64,000 nt of DNA from an uncultured cyanobacterium (GTDB taxonomy: Bacteria; Cyanobacteriota; Cyanobacteriia; Phormidesmidales; Phormidesmidaceae). The notes below the pieces were generated by a model. It was not told the DNA's origin. It searched no databases and saw only the letters and a program-made list of their open reading frames with translations. Shown piece after piece: positions 29,857-40,100 of the stretch. Each line of letters begins with the position of its first letter. Within the stretch, counting starts at the first letter, position 1. Where the stretch lies: assembly GCA_963793265.1 (NCBI GenBank), contig CAWBZI010000002.1:96001-160000 (forward strand), in the 5' to 3' direction. The translations under genes and the position numbers were made by a program.

Positions 29857-31521
29857 TCACAGTGTAGTCATCGCTTCGCTCGGATCTCTAATCTCTGCGA
29901 CCATCGCTTGAATCTCAGCCGGTGGCGGCGGCGTCAGTCTCGATACAGCCAAGACGACGACAAAGTTAATCAGCATTCCAAGGGTGCCAATACCCTCTGC
30001 TGAGACGCCAAAGAACCAGGGGCTCATGCCGTAGAACTTGACGCCTACAATGTAAAAAATGGTGAAGCTGAGCCCAGCGATCATGCCCGCGATCGCCCCT
30101 TCCTTATTCGCGCGCTGATCAAAAATGCCTAAAACAAGAACAGGGAAAAAGCTCGCTGCCGCTAGTCCAAAGGCAAAGGCAACCACCTCAGCAACAAACC
30201 CTGGCGGATTGATACCAAAATATCCAGCGACCACAATCGCAAAACCCACCATCACTCGGCCGATCGCTAATCGCTGCGACTCAGTGGCCGCAGGGTTAAT
30301 CATTCGATAGTACAGGTCGTGAGCGATCGCACTAGACACCACCAGCAGCAGACCCGAGGCCGTCGAAAGCGCAGCGGCCAGTCCACCCACCGCGACCAGT
30401 GCCACAATAAAGGGAGAAAGACTCGCCACCTCTGGGGTTGCCAGCACAATAATATCGCGGTCTACCGTAATTTCGTTCGTGGCCTCATCGGGCGTAAACT
30501 GTAGCCTGCCATCTCCACTCTTATCTTCAAAGCTCAGCAGTCCGGTATTTTCCCACTTAGTCGCCCAGTTTAGCTGCTGAACCTCAGCAGGCGTTTTATC
30601 TTGCAAACTCTCGACTAGGTTATAGCGAGCAAAGCCTGCAAGGGCAGGGGCAGTCGTGTACAAAATTGCAATAAATAATAGCGCCCAGCCCGCTGAATAC
30701 CTGGCAGCGCGTACGTTTGGCACCGTATAGAATCGGACAATTACATGAGGAAGCCCAGCAGTGCCGACCATGAGCGCGATGGTGATAAACAGTACATCGA
30801 GCATAGACTTGCTGGCAAAAGGCTGAGTGTAAGCCGCAAACCCCAGATCAAGCTGTAGGCCGTCTAGTCGCCCGACAATATCGCTAAAGGTAAAGCCCAA
30901 CTGAGGGACTAAGGTATTGGTGAGTAGCAGTGAGATTGCAAACGCGGGAATGAGGTAGGCCACAATTAGCACGCAGTACTGAGCGACCTGAGTCCAGGTG
31001 ATGCCTTTCATGCCACCGATAATGGCGAAGAAGGCTACAATCACCATGCCAATCGCCACGCCAGTGCCAACGTCCACCTGCAAAAAGCGGCTAAACACAA
31101 TGCCAACCCCGCGCATTTGCCCGGCGACATAGGTCATCGAGACAAAAATAGCAGCCACCACGGCCACCCCGCGCGCAGCGTTAGAGTAATATCTATCGCC
31201 TACAAAGTCAGGAACGGTGTATTTGCCAAACTTACGCAGGTAGGGCGATAGCAGCAGCGCTAAGAGCACGTAGCCGCCCGTCCATCCCATTAAGTAAATA
31301 GAGCCGTCGTAGCCCAAAAAAGAGATCAGGCCAGCCATGGAAATAAACGAGGCGGCTGACATCCAATCGGCAGCAGTCGCCGCGCCGTTGGCAATCGAGG
31401 GCACGTCTTGATCGGCGACGAAAAAGCCTTTGGTGTCTTTTACGCGCGATCGCCACCCGATGTAGGTGTAGGCGACAAAAGACAAAATTGCTAGCGTAAT
31501 TGTCCAAGATTCGATAGACAT
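29857..31521 (-). CDS. actP: Sodium:solute symporter, ActP-like (acetate/monocarboxylate)
   Basis: AADWMSAASF, GGMKGITWTQV, GTAGLPHVIVRFYT; paired with a DUF4212 small subunit. Confidence 0.85.
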   Translation of the reverse strand: MSIESWTITLAILSFVAYTYIGWRSRVKDTKGFFVADQDVPSIANGAATAADWMSAASFISMAGLISFLGYDGSIYLMGWTGGYVLLALLLSPYLRKFGKYTVPDFVGDRYYSNAARGVAVVAAIFVSMTYVAGQMRGVGIVFSRFLQVDVGTGVAIGMVIVAFFAIIGGMKGITWTQVAQYCVLIVAYLIPAFAISLLLTNTLVPQLGFTFSDIVGRLDGLQLDLGFAAYTQPFASKSMLDVLFITIALMVGTAGLPHVIVRFYTVPNVRAARYSAGWALLFIAILYTTAPALAGFARYNLVESLQDKTPAEVQQLNWATKWENTGLLSFEDKSGDGRLQFTPDEATNEITVDRDIIVLATPEVASLSPFIVALVAVGGLAAALSTASGLLLVVSSAIAHDLYYRMINPAATESQRLAIGRVMVGFAIVVAGYFGINPPGFVAEVVAFAFGLAAASFFPVLVLGIFDQRANKEGAIAGMIAGLSFTIFYIVGVKFYGMSPWFFGVSAEGIGTLGMLINFVVVLAVSRLTPPPPAEIQAMVAEIRDPSEAMTTL

Positions 31522-31557
31522 AAGCCTGTAGGAGAATTTTACATAAGAGAAGTGATG

Positions 31558-31899
31558 CTATTTTTGTTCGCTGCTATCGATGACGGCTGCTGGGTTAGCT
31601 TGAGAGAATGCACTGTCTTTTTGGACGCGATCGCTTTGAATGCGATCGCGTTGTGCATACTTACGATCTAACCTATCCATCTGAACAGCGTAGGCAAAAA
31701 TCAGAACGACAAACACATAGATCGACCCTTGCTGAGCCATCCAAAATCCAAAGGGCACATCGCCCAGTTGAAAGTTGTTTAAGGGCTCTACCAGTAAAAT
31801 ACTCATCACGAGAGAAACCAAAGCCCAAATGATTAGTAAACTGCGAATCAGGGCTTTGTTCGCTCGCCAGTAAGCGCTGCGAGACTCTAGATTGTTCAT
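31558..31899 (-). CDS. DUF4212 small membrane subunit of solute symporter
   Basis: YWRAN, PFGFWMAQQGSIYVF, MDRLD. Confidence 0.85.
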   Translation of the reverse strand: MNNLESRSAYWRANKALIRSLLIIWALVSLVMSILLVEPLNNFQLGDVPFGFWMAQQGSIYVFVVLIFAYAVQMDRLDRKYAQRDRIQSDRVQKDSAFSQANPAAVIDSSEQK

Positions 31900-32080
31900 T
31901 AGTATTAGCTGCTTATTGTTTCTACTCTCTTCTCACCATTAATCAAGCAATATTATGCAGCCTCTTATGAAAAGGTATAAAATCCAACAGGCTAATGAAA
32001 AGGTGGCTAGCTTTTCTTGTTCAATCATCTGTAATAATTTACGAGGAAGGTATTGAATAACGCTTGCTGCTAGCCAGTCA

Positions 32081-32390
32081 CTATTCATAAAATGCTAGCC
32101 CAGCCTATTGTGAATAGCACAGCGAGATTAGCTAGCCAAAAATAGAAGATCAGCTATAGTACGCCAGTTAACAGCTTGTTCTTTAGCAGCGGTCTTCGAG
32201 CGGATTTTATGAGCTGTAGCCCCTGCCAAAGCTGCCAAACTCGAAAGGCTGTGTAGAGCGTGCCAATAGGAACCACCAGGCTAGGCATCCAATTCGTACT
32301 AATGACTTGTTCAGTCACTATTTGAACGATCACAAGCAATAGGTAGAAGCCAAAGATTTTTCGCTTGTTGATATTGTTATGTATTTGCAT
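32081..32390 (-). pseudogene. Membrane-protein fragment with internal TAG
   Basis: The frame continues past the stop at 32154-32156 as LIFYFWLANLAVLFTIGW (hydrophobic and protein-like); the 5' part is missing. Confidence 0.5.
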
Positions 32391-32532
32391 AGTTATATGG
32401 AAAACGTGCGTATAGAGACTCTTCTCCTAGAGGGCAGTGGCATTTTAACAATTCGCTTATTACTCATTTATTGGCTACTCGTCTGGCTACTCATCTATGG
32501 GTCGTCGAAATTATGCGGCACTTTGAATAAAG

Positions 32533-32591
32533 GTATAAATTTAATGATTGAAGTCAGTATTATTGACTATTTGTTTCTTCTCTGATTAAGT
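32533..32591 (+). promoter_or_regulatory. Promoter duplicated upstream of the FHA-like gene
   Basis: 47/59 ungapped identity to 61852-61910; TTGACT-N17-TTAAGT. Confidence 0.7.
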
Positions 32592-32638
32592 TGATCCCAA
32601 GCATCACACTTAGCCTCATAACCTTTCTCTCTCGCAAT

Positions 32639-35362
32639 ATGTCGATGCCTCAAAAAAATCTGCGATTGCGCCTTCTTAAGTTTTGCTCGCTAGCCTGCGC
32701 CACTTGGCTGAGCGTATGCCTGTTTCACGGCTCAGCCGCTCGTGCCAATCCGCCCGCCACCTTGGCAGCTAGCCCAGCCATTTCACAACAAACCATTTCA
32801 CAACAAACCATTTCACAAGCAGATCCAGCCTCGCTAGAGCAGCGGGGAAAAGCACGCTACGAAGCCGGTTACTTTACAGAAGCCGTTGAGCTTTTACAGC
32901 AGGCCATTCAGACTTATCGGCAGCAGGGAGAAACGCTGCATCAGGCGATCGCACTTAGCAACCTAGCGCTTACCTACCAGCAGCTAGGCAACTGGCCGCA
33001 GGCCAACAACACCATTCAACAAAGCCTTATCCTCTTAGCTGATGCCGCTGGTCAGCCTGCAAATCGCTCGTCAGCGATCGCTCAAGCGCTAGACATTCAA
33101 GGTCAGCTGCAAATAAATCAGGGCCAGGCTGAACAAGCGTTGACGAGCTGGCAGCAGGCCGCTGACTATTACAAACAGATCAATGCCACCAGTCGCCTGA
33201 CCAAAAATCAAATAAACCAGAGCCGCGCGCTGCAAACCCTGGGGTTCTACCACCAGGCGCTGAGCTTGCTGAGTGAGCGATCGCAAGCATTAGCCGCTCA
33301 GCCAGGCTCTTTGAACAAAGCCGCAGAACTCCGCAGCTTAGGAGAAGGGTTGCAGGCCGTTGGAAACTTACAAGAAGCGGAGGCTCGGCTGCTAGAGAGC
33401 TTAGCGATTACTCAGCGACTAACTCACCTATCCGACCCCGGTCAGGCAGTCGAGGCGATCGCCCTGACGCAGCTTAGCTTAGGCAATACAGCACGCGCAC
33501 AGCAAAACACAGCCGCCGCACTTGACTGGTATCAGCAGGCAGCAGCGATCGCAAACTCAACGGCAACGCGGCTACAGTCCAACCTAAATCGTCTGAGCCT
33601 GCTCGTCGAGGCTGCTCAACCTGCTCAGGCTCAATCTGCTCAGGCCCAGTCTCTGATCCCTGAGGTTCAACAGCAGCTAGCAGCCCTCCCGCTTAGCCGA
33701 ACCGCCGTCTATGCGCGCATAAACTTAGCCAGCAGCCTCAGCAAAACAACAGATGTCTCGTCTTCTTTAGAAGCTGCCACACTGCTTTCTACCGCCGCTA
33801 AGCAAAGCGAACAGCTCGGCGACAGGCGGACTCAATCCTATGCAATAGGGCTGCTAGGGGGGCTTTACGAATCCACTCAGCAGTGGTCTGAAGCTGAAGA
33901 TTTAACGCGGCAAGCCCTACAGATAGCGACATCGGCTAACGCTGCTGATGTGACCTATTTATGGCAGTGGCAGCTAGGCCGTATTCTCAAGGCTCGCGCT
34001 GAGCCAGGTAGCGCTCAATCAGGAGATTTAGTAGAGAATAGAAAGGAGGCGATCGCTCTTTATACGCAGGCTATCAAAACGCTGCAATCTCTACGATTAG
34101 ACGTGGCCTCTATTAATTCAGATCAGAAGTTCTCCTTCAAAGAGAGCGTAGAACCTGCCTATAGAGAACAGATCGGGCTACTGCTTCATCCGATAGAAGG
34201 TGCGCCCAATCAAGCAGATTTGAGGGCCGCGCGAGATGCACTAGAGTCTTTGCAAACGGTTGAACTACAAAACTTCTTTCGCGAAGCCTGTCTGGACGTT
34301 CCTATCGCCATTGATCGCGTTGTAGAGCAAACCGAGGCGCTTTCTAAAAGCTCAAATAGCGCCCTTGCCGCCGTTGTTTATCCCATTGTTCTAGCCGACA
34401 GCTTTGAGGTTGTGCTGAAGCTGCCGAACCAAGATAAACTGCTTCACTACTCAACACCTATAGGGCAAAAAAGCGTAGAGAAAACGCTGCTTAAGCTGCG
34501 CGATCAAATCACTCAGCCTGATAGTCAACTGTCTGTTGAAGTGCTTTCTGAGCAGGTTTATGACTGGTTAGTTCGTCCTGCTGAACTAACCTTGCAGGAG
34601 AGTCATATTAGTACATTGGTCTTTGTCTTGGACGGTTTTTTAAAGAACATTCCTATGGCTGCGCTGTATGACGGCGATCGCTATCTGGTTGAAACCTACG
34701 GCATCGCGCTAACGCCCGGACTAGAGCTTGTCGATCCTAAACCGATGGAGCGAGAAAACATACAAATGCTGTTTGCCGGACTCAGTGAAGCCGTTGAAAA
34801 CTTTACGCCGCTCGTGGCTGTAGAACAAGAGCAAGCAGGGATTGCTGAAGAGATTTCAAAGACGACTGTTTTATTAAACGATTCGTTTACAGCTAAAGCC
34901 TTAGAGACTCAGGTTGAGCAAACGGCCTTTCAGGTTGTTCATTTAGCGACCCACGGCGAATTTAGCTCCGATCGCCAAAAAACCTTTATCCGCCTGCGCG
35001 ATCGCCGCATGACCACAGACGAACTCAGCCGCATTCTCAAAACCCGACAAACGCAGCCAAACCCGATTGAGCTATTAACGCTAAGCACCTGCGCAACCGC
35101 CGAAGGTGACGAAAGAGCCGCGCTTGGCTTAGCGGGCGTTGCCGTTCAGTCTGGGGCGCGCAGCACGCTTGCTTCTCTGTGGAGCATTGACGATCGCGCT
35201 AACGCTTTTTTGATGGTTGAGTTTTATCATCAGCTCATGCAAAACCCATCTTTCTCCAAATCCCAAGCCTTACGTCAGGCGCAGCTCAAGCTCGTCAACC
35301 ATCCCAACTACGCCCATCCTTCCTACTGGGCTCCTTACGTACTGCTAGGAAACTGGCTCTAA
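32639..35362 (+). CDS. Signal-peptide TPR + CHAT (caspase HetF-associated) protease
   Basis: Sec-like signal ending ARA, TPR repeats, VVHLATHG (His), LTLSTCATA (Cys), LASLWSI, HPSYWAPYVLLGNWL. Confidence 0.92.
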   Translation: MSMPQKNLRLRLLKFCSLACATWLSVCLFHGSAARANPPATLAASPAISQQTISQQTISQADPASLEQRGKARYEAGYFTEAVELLQQAIQTYRQQGETLHQAIALSNLALTYQQLGNWPQANNTIQQSLILLADAAGQPANRSSAIAQALDIQGQLQINQGQAEQALTSWQQAADYYKQINATSRLTKNQINQSRALQTLGFYHQALSLLSERSQALAAQPGSLNKAAELRSLGEGLQAVGNLQEAEARLLESLAITQRLTHLSDPGQAVEAIALTQLSLGNTARAQQNTAAALDWYQQAAAIANSTATRLQSNLNRLSLLVEAAQPAQAQSAQAQSLIPEVQQQLAALPLSRTAVYARINLASSLSKTTDVSSSLEAATLLSTAAKQSEQLGDRRTQSYAIGLLGGLYESTQQWSEAEDLTRQALQIATSANAADVTYLWQWQLGRILKARAEPGSAQSGDLVENRKEAIALYTQAIKTLQSLRLDVASINSDQKFSFKESVEPAYREQIGLLLHPIEGAPNQADLRAARDALESLQTVELQNFFREACLDVPIAIDRVVEQTEALSKSSNSALAAVVYPIVLADSFEVVLKLPNQDKLLHYSTPIGQKSVEKTLLKLRDQITQPDSQLSVEVLSEQVYDWLVRPAELTLQESHISTLVFVLDGFLKNIPMAALYDGDRYLVETYGIALTPGLELVDPKPMERENIQMLFAGLSEAVENFTPLVAVEQEQAGIAEEISKTTVLLNDSFTAKALETQVEQTAFQVVHLATHGEFSSDRQKTFIRLRDRRMTTDELSRILKTRQTQPNPIELLTLSTCATAEGDERAALGLAGVAVQSGARSTLASLWSIDDRANAFLMVEFYHQLMQNPSFSKSQALRQAQLKLVNHPNYAHPSYWAPYVLLGNWL

Positions 35363-35399
35363 TAGTCAGCTTTCTGATGGTGTCGCGGCTAACCCATGA

Positions 35400-35439
35400 C
35401 AAATGTCATAGCTTCAATGCGAGTCATCTATGACATTTG
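35400..35439. promoter_or_regulatory. Inverted repeat upstream of caspase-lipase gene
   Basis: caaatgtcatag-N16-ctatgacatttg, overlapping the palindrome ATGACAAATGTCAT. Confidence 0.5.
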
Positions 35440-35634
35440 CGATGAATAAATGAGTGTTTGTCAAAATGCGGTTGCCAGTCAGTTTTTGTGCTTTATATTG
35501 AAAAGAGAACAGATTTCAAAAAGAGAATATTGCACCAGCAGAGAAAACACCGTAACTGCATCAGGGCTCATTCTCTTCACCTATACAGCATTGGAACCTA
35601 TCTGGGACTTATTCAAGTTCTTTAAGCATTCACC

Positions 35635-36222
35635 ATGACCCATCATCTCTATGCTCTACTGGTTGGTATTAATGAGTACGATAGGCGATCTGGCATCTCT
35701 TCACTACAGGGATGCACCAATGACGCCAACGCAATGAAAGCCTATCTGGAAGCTCGGGTTGCTAGCGACAAAACGCAGCTACATACCAAAATGCTGCTCA
35801 ATGAGCAGGCCACCCGGCAGGCAATTATTAATGGCTTTAGAGAGCATTTACAGCAGGCAAAAGCGGGCGATACCGTTCTCTTTTACTATGCAGGACACGG
35901 CTCTCAAGACAAAACACCAGAAGAGTTTTGGCCAACCACGCCTAGCAGACTTAATGAGACATTAGTATGCCACGATAGCCGCACGCCTGACGTTTGGGAT
36001 TTGGCAGATAAGGAACTCTCTAAGCTGATTGCAGAAGTGAGCCAGCAAAATCCTCATATTGCAATCGTGCTGGACTGTTGCCATTCAGGATCGGGGACTC
36101 GCAGTGATGAAAGAGCGGTGTTTAAAAGAGAACGACACCAATGGATCAGCGCGATCGCCCAGCTAGCAGCTTTTTGGTATCGGTTCAAGAATTGGAACAA
36201 ACGGAAAGAGAAAAATCCCTAA
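35635..36222 (+). CDS. Caspase-like (peptidase C14) p20 domain; N-terminal part of a frameshifted/split gene
   Basis: ALLVGINEY, LQGCTND, YYAGHGS, VLDCCHSGSGTR. Confidence 0.88.
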   Translation: MTHHLYALLVGINEYDRRSGISSLQGCTNDANAMKAYLEARVASDKTQLHTKMLLNEQATRQAIINGFREHLQQAKAGDTVLFYYAGHGSQDKTPEEFWPTTPSRLNETLVCHDSRTPDVWDLADKELSKLIAEVSQQNPHIAIVLDCCHSGSGTRSDERAVFKRERHQWISAIAQLAAFWYRFKNWNKRKEKNP

Positions 36223-39200
36223 CCTCTACACGCGCTCGTAGCCTCGATTTTTCAACAACAGGATGGCATTTGCCACAGGGGCGTCATGTGTTGATGGCAG
36301 CCTGTCGCGATGTTGAAGAGGCCAGTGAGTATCGTGCTCATGGAGAGCCCTGCGGCGCATTCTCCCACTTTTTGCTAGACACACTGCAAAGAACAGATAG
36401 CACACTGACTTACCGAGATCTTTTTAACGCAACCGCTGCTAAAACGCGAGCCAACGTATCAGCTCAGGCACCTCAGCTAGAAGCGCCCTATCTCGAAGAC
36501 CTTGAACAGCTTTTTTTAGGCGGACTGGTTGAGCCTTTCCCGCCTTACTTTACGCTCGCGTATTTGCCTGAACTCGGCTGGTGTGTTAACGGCGGCGCGC
36601 TGCATGGTGTTCAGCCACCGCTTAATAATGAAGCAACACAGCTAGCGCTGTTCTCTATCGAAGCTCAGCCAGAGAATCTCCATCGGTTAGAAGGTGCGAT
36701 CGCCAACGCTACCGTCACCGACGTACAGCCACACCTCAGCCAAATTACAACAGAGGCTGAGCTAGATACTGGCTTAACGTACAAAGCGATCATTACCTAC
36801 TTACCGGTGCCGCCGCTGAACGTTGTTTTAAAAGGAGATACCGAGCGCCTCGAAATACTTCGTCAGGCCATGCAAACGCCAACTGCCGCCTCTTCGAGCT
36901 ATCTCAAAGAAGTAACAGAGATTGCAGCAGCAAACATTTGCGTCACTGCTCATTCGTCGGGATATGTGATTGAACAATCGCAAGCGCAGTCAAGAGCGAT
37001 CGCAGTCGTTGAAGCGGCTGTTGAAAATGGGGCTCGGATCCTAGATAGTGCTGATAGTGTCGTTCGTTTGCTAGCGCATATTGCTCGATGGACAGGCGTT
37101 GCTGAGCTAGCGCCACCGCTAGGCAATCAGCTACCGGCTAACGCGGTAGAGCTTCAGATTTATGATGAAGATTGGCTTGTACAAGGCGAGCAGATACAGC
37201 TTGAATACGAACAGCACGCACAGCAGTCGCGTCCGCCAAGCTTTAGAGCCAAGCTGATTAATCATAGCGATCGCCCGCTCTACTGCGCGCTGCTCAACCT
37301 AACCGAAGAGTACTCAGTCAGCGCCCCTTTCTTTGGCAGTGGCGGCACCTGGTTGAACGCACATAGCGAAGTTTGGGTCACCGTTGCAGGCGCAACTCAG
37401 CTCAGCGACCTAATTCCGACCACGGTTCCTCAACGGCTATGGGAGCAGGGTGTAAGTGAATATCAAGATCGGCTGAAGCTGATTGCTAGCACAGCAGAGT
37501 TTGATCCCACTGTTCTGTTGCAAAACAAAATTGGTCAGGCTGAGGCGATCGCACAAAGAAGCATCGCTGTATCGAAAGACAATCTGTTTCGCCAGTTTGC
37601 CAGTCAGACAGCCAGTCAGACAGCCTCTCGTGATATTGGCATGGCCGAAGCGGTTGAGACTGTAGATCAGTGGATGACCAGTCAGCGGCTCATCACAACC
37701 AGACGACCGCAGCCGGACGTGCAAATATCGGCAGAAAATACTGTTTCTTTGGCAACAGCAGATGCGAGTAGAAGCATAGAACGGATCGCCATTCGCCCTC
37801 ATGCTCAGCTCAAAGCAAAAGCGAGACTTGTGAGTGCTGCTCAGACCACGCGAAATGCAAATGTTCCAGGCTTACCACCACTGCTTAGAGAACAGACTCA
37901 GCCTCTGGTGTTCGCCGCGCGTCGTAGCGTGTCATCTGCTCTAGACGCATTAGAACTCAGTGAAATCGATAGTGCAGATTCAGTAACGCCCAGCAATCCG
38001 CTGACGTTAATCATAGATGCACCGCTGGCACCAGGAGAATCTGTTCTGCCGGTTACCTACGATGGTGAATTCTTCGTGCCGCTAGGATATGGTCACCGCC
38101 GGGGCGACCAGCAAACTGAAGTTGTACTTCATCACCTTCCTGAACACGCTGCGCCAGCCGATTCTGACGAAAGCGGCAAGAGAGGGATTAGCAGCGCGCT
38201 CCAGATTGTTTTCAGAAAGATAGCGAGTCAGACGTTGGGTACAACGCTCAGTCAGAAGCTAGGCATTTTTTTTGAATATCCCATTCTGGCCTCTGTAGAA
38301 AAAGAGCATGGGCAAAATGATTTGCTTTATACCACTGATACTGATGCGATCGCAACGCTTGTCGCCAAAGCCGAGAACATCGCCATTTACATCCACGGCA
38401 TTACAGGTAATACAGAATATATGATGCCAAGCATTCAGACAGCTTGCATTGAGATGTCAGGCCAAGCTCGCCCCGTCAGTGACCTGTACGATCTGGTATT
38501 AACCTACAACTATGAGAGTCTCAATACCTCTATTGCTCAGAGTGCTGTTCAGCTCAAGCAAAAGCTAGCCGCTGTTGGCATTCTGCCTGGGCACAACAAA
38601 ACAGTTCACATCGTAGCGCACTCTATGGGCGGTCTTATTAGCCGCTGGTTTGTTGAACAAGAAGGCGGTAAAGAGATTGTTCAGCATCTGATAATGCTGG
38701 GCACACCCAACGCCGGATCGCCCTGGCCAGTTGTGCAAGCCGGACTCTTTAAGTCGCTTAGCTTTGCCCTCAATGGCCTGGCTACGGTGGCCTGGCCGCT
38801 GTCTCTTATTGGCGGCGTCCTAACAGCGCTCGAAGCAATCGATATTGCGCTAGATGAAATGGATCCTGGATCGGAGCTGCTAGCGCACTTGGCCGAAAGT
38901 GAACCGCCGATTCCCTACAGCATCGTAGCGGGTAATACTAGCCTGATACCAGTAGATGAAAAGGCCAAACTAAGAGATCGGCTCGCGCAAAAGCTGAACA
39001 AGCTCGCTGAGCTTCCTTTTTTGAAAGAAGACAATGACGTGGCAGTCTCTGTCAGCAGTATTCGACATGTGCCTGCGGGCAGACTCCACGCGCCCCAAGT
39101 TCGCGAGGTGGCCTGTAATCACATGGTTTACTTTATCGATCCGGCGGGGCTATCTGGGCTCAGTTGGGCCATCAATAGAGCCTTTGCGATGACCAAAAAA

Positions 39201-39224
39201 CAGCTTCAGAGTGCGACTCACTGA
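36141..39224 (+). CDS. Continuation of caspase gene: p10-like region, linker domains and C-terminal alpha/beta hydrolase (lipase-like)
   Basis: HVLMAACRDVEEASE...GAFSHFL...QAPQLE (p10-like); IHGITG, AHSMGG, LGTPNAGS, NDVAV, CNH. Overlaps the upstream ORF in the -1 frame. Confidence 0.85.
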   Translation: MDQRDRPASSFLVSVQELEQTEREKSLTSTRARSLDFSTTGWHLPQGRHVLMAACRDVEEASEYRAHGEPCGAFSHFLLDTLQRTDSTLTYRDLFNATAAKTRANVSAQAPQLEAPYLEDLEQLFLGGLVEPFPPYFTLAYLPELGWCVNGGALHGVQPPLNNEATQLALFSIEAQPENLHRLEGAIANATVTDVQPHLSQITTEAELDTGLTYKAIITYLPVPPLNVVLKGDTERLEILRQAMQTPTAASSSYLKEVTEIAAANICVTAHSSGYVIEQSQAQSRAIAVVEAAVENGARILDSADSVVRLLAHIARWTGVAELAPPLGNQLPANAVELQIYDEDWLVQGEQIQLEYEQHAQQSRPPSFRAKLINHSDRPLYCALLNLTEEYSVSAPFFGSGGTWLNAHSEVWVTVAGATQLSDLIPTTVPQRLWEQGVSEYQDRLKLIASTAEFDPTVLLQNKIGQAEAIAQRSIAVSKDNLFRQFASQTASQTASRDIGMAEAVETVDQWMTSQRLITTRRPQPDVQISAENTVSLATADASRSIERIAIRPHAQLKAKARLVSAAQTTRNANVPGLPPLLREQTQPLVFAARRSVSSALDALELSEIDSADSVTPSNPLTLIIDAPLAPGESVLPVTYDGEFFVPLGYGHRRGDQQTEVVLHHLPEHAAPADSDESGKRGISSALQIVFRKIASQTLGTTLSQKLGIFFEYPILASVEKEHGQNDLLYTTDTDAIATLVAKAENIAIYIHGITGNTEYMMPSIQTACIEMSGQARPVSDLYDLVLTYNYESLNTSIAQSAVQLKQKLAAVGILPGHNKTVHIVAHSMGGLISRWFVEQEGGKEIVQHLIMLGTPNAGSPWPVVQAGLFKSLSFALNGLATVAWPLSLIGGVLTALEAIDIALDEMDPGSELLAHLAESEPPIPYSIVAGNTSLIPVDEKAKLRDRLAQKLNKLAELPFLKEDNDVAVSVSSIRHVPAGRLHAPQVREVACNHMVYFIDPAGLSGLSWAINRAFAMTKKQLQSATH

Positions 39225-39295
39225 GCAGCGCTCAGATACAATCAGATACAACCTTTCCAACACACACGTTCAAACACACCAACACTCAAAACATC

Positions 39296-40042
39296 ATGAA
39301 ACTCATCACCACAGCCGACACCTATCTCAAAGCACAGCCTGCTGAGACTAACCAGCTTCAGTCTCAAAACAAACCAGAACTTCTTATTCCTATCAAGAAA
39401 GGAACAGCGTTAGAAGTTGCTGAACATTTCTTCTACGAAGGTAGCAGCGATACTCAAGCAGACAATCATATTTTCGTTCAGCTAGCTCAGCCATTTGCAG
39501 ATCAACAAAACCTGAGTTGGTTTGTAGAAAATCCTCATATCAGGATAGAAAGCTCCGAATTAAAAGACGAGCCCGCGCCAAAGCTAACTAGAGGCGTTGA
39601 CTACGGAAGCGATATTCATTTGCCCGGCATTAGCCGCCCGGTTGGCGTTAACGAGCCTATCTACCACGAGCCCAACCCTTCTCACTTTACCTGGAGTGAA
39701 CTGACAAAAGGCGGTACGCGAATTCCTGAAAACGATGCTATCACGCAGCGCATTGTCAGACTTTGCAAGTATATGGACGGGGTTCGAGAATTCTTGGGTA
39801 ACAAGCCGATTACGATAAATTCAGGCTATCGAGATCCTGATTCTAACTGGGCTGTACATGGAGCCTCTGATTCTCGGCACTTATATGGCGATGCCGTTGA
39901 CTTTTGGGTAGAAGGAATGGACGTAGAAGAGACTTTTCAACGGCTAAAAAGCTACCATCGCACAGGCGGGCTGGCTGTTGGCAACGGGTTTGTTCATTTA
40001 GACATGCGCCCTAGCGATAGATTGATAACGTGGAATTACTAG
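39296..40042 (+). CDS. Peptidase M15A family (D-Ala-D-Ala / peptidoglycan metallopeptidase)
   Basis: INSGYR, SRHLYGDAVD, FVHLDMR; no signal peptide. Confidence 0.88.
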   Translation: MKLITTADTYLKAQPAETNQLQSQNKPELLIPIKKGTALEVAEHFFYEGSSDTQADNHIFVQLAQPFADQQNLSWFVENPHIRIESSELKDEPAPKLTRGVDYGSDIHLPGISRPVGVNEPIYHEPNPSHFTWSELTKGGTRIPENDAITQRIVRLCKYMDGVREFLGNKPITINSGYRDPDSNWAVHGASDSRHLYGDAVDFWVEGMDVEETFQRLKSYHRTGGLAVGNGFVHLDMRPSDRLITWNY

Positions 40043-40100
40043 AAACCTTAATTCTGCTAAATACTGACGGAAAATACAACATTTTTTGAAGGATAAAGAC

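Noticed and set aside
35450..35638. 62-aa ORF overlapping the caspase start
   Set aside because: No RBS or motif; it probably just spans the promoter/leader region.
36118..36130. TTTAAAA as a programmed -1 frameshift site in the caspase gene
   Set aside because: It is read TTT AAA AGA, not in X XXY YYZ phase, and the -1 frame has TAA at 36123.
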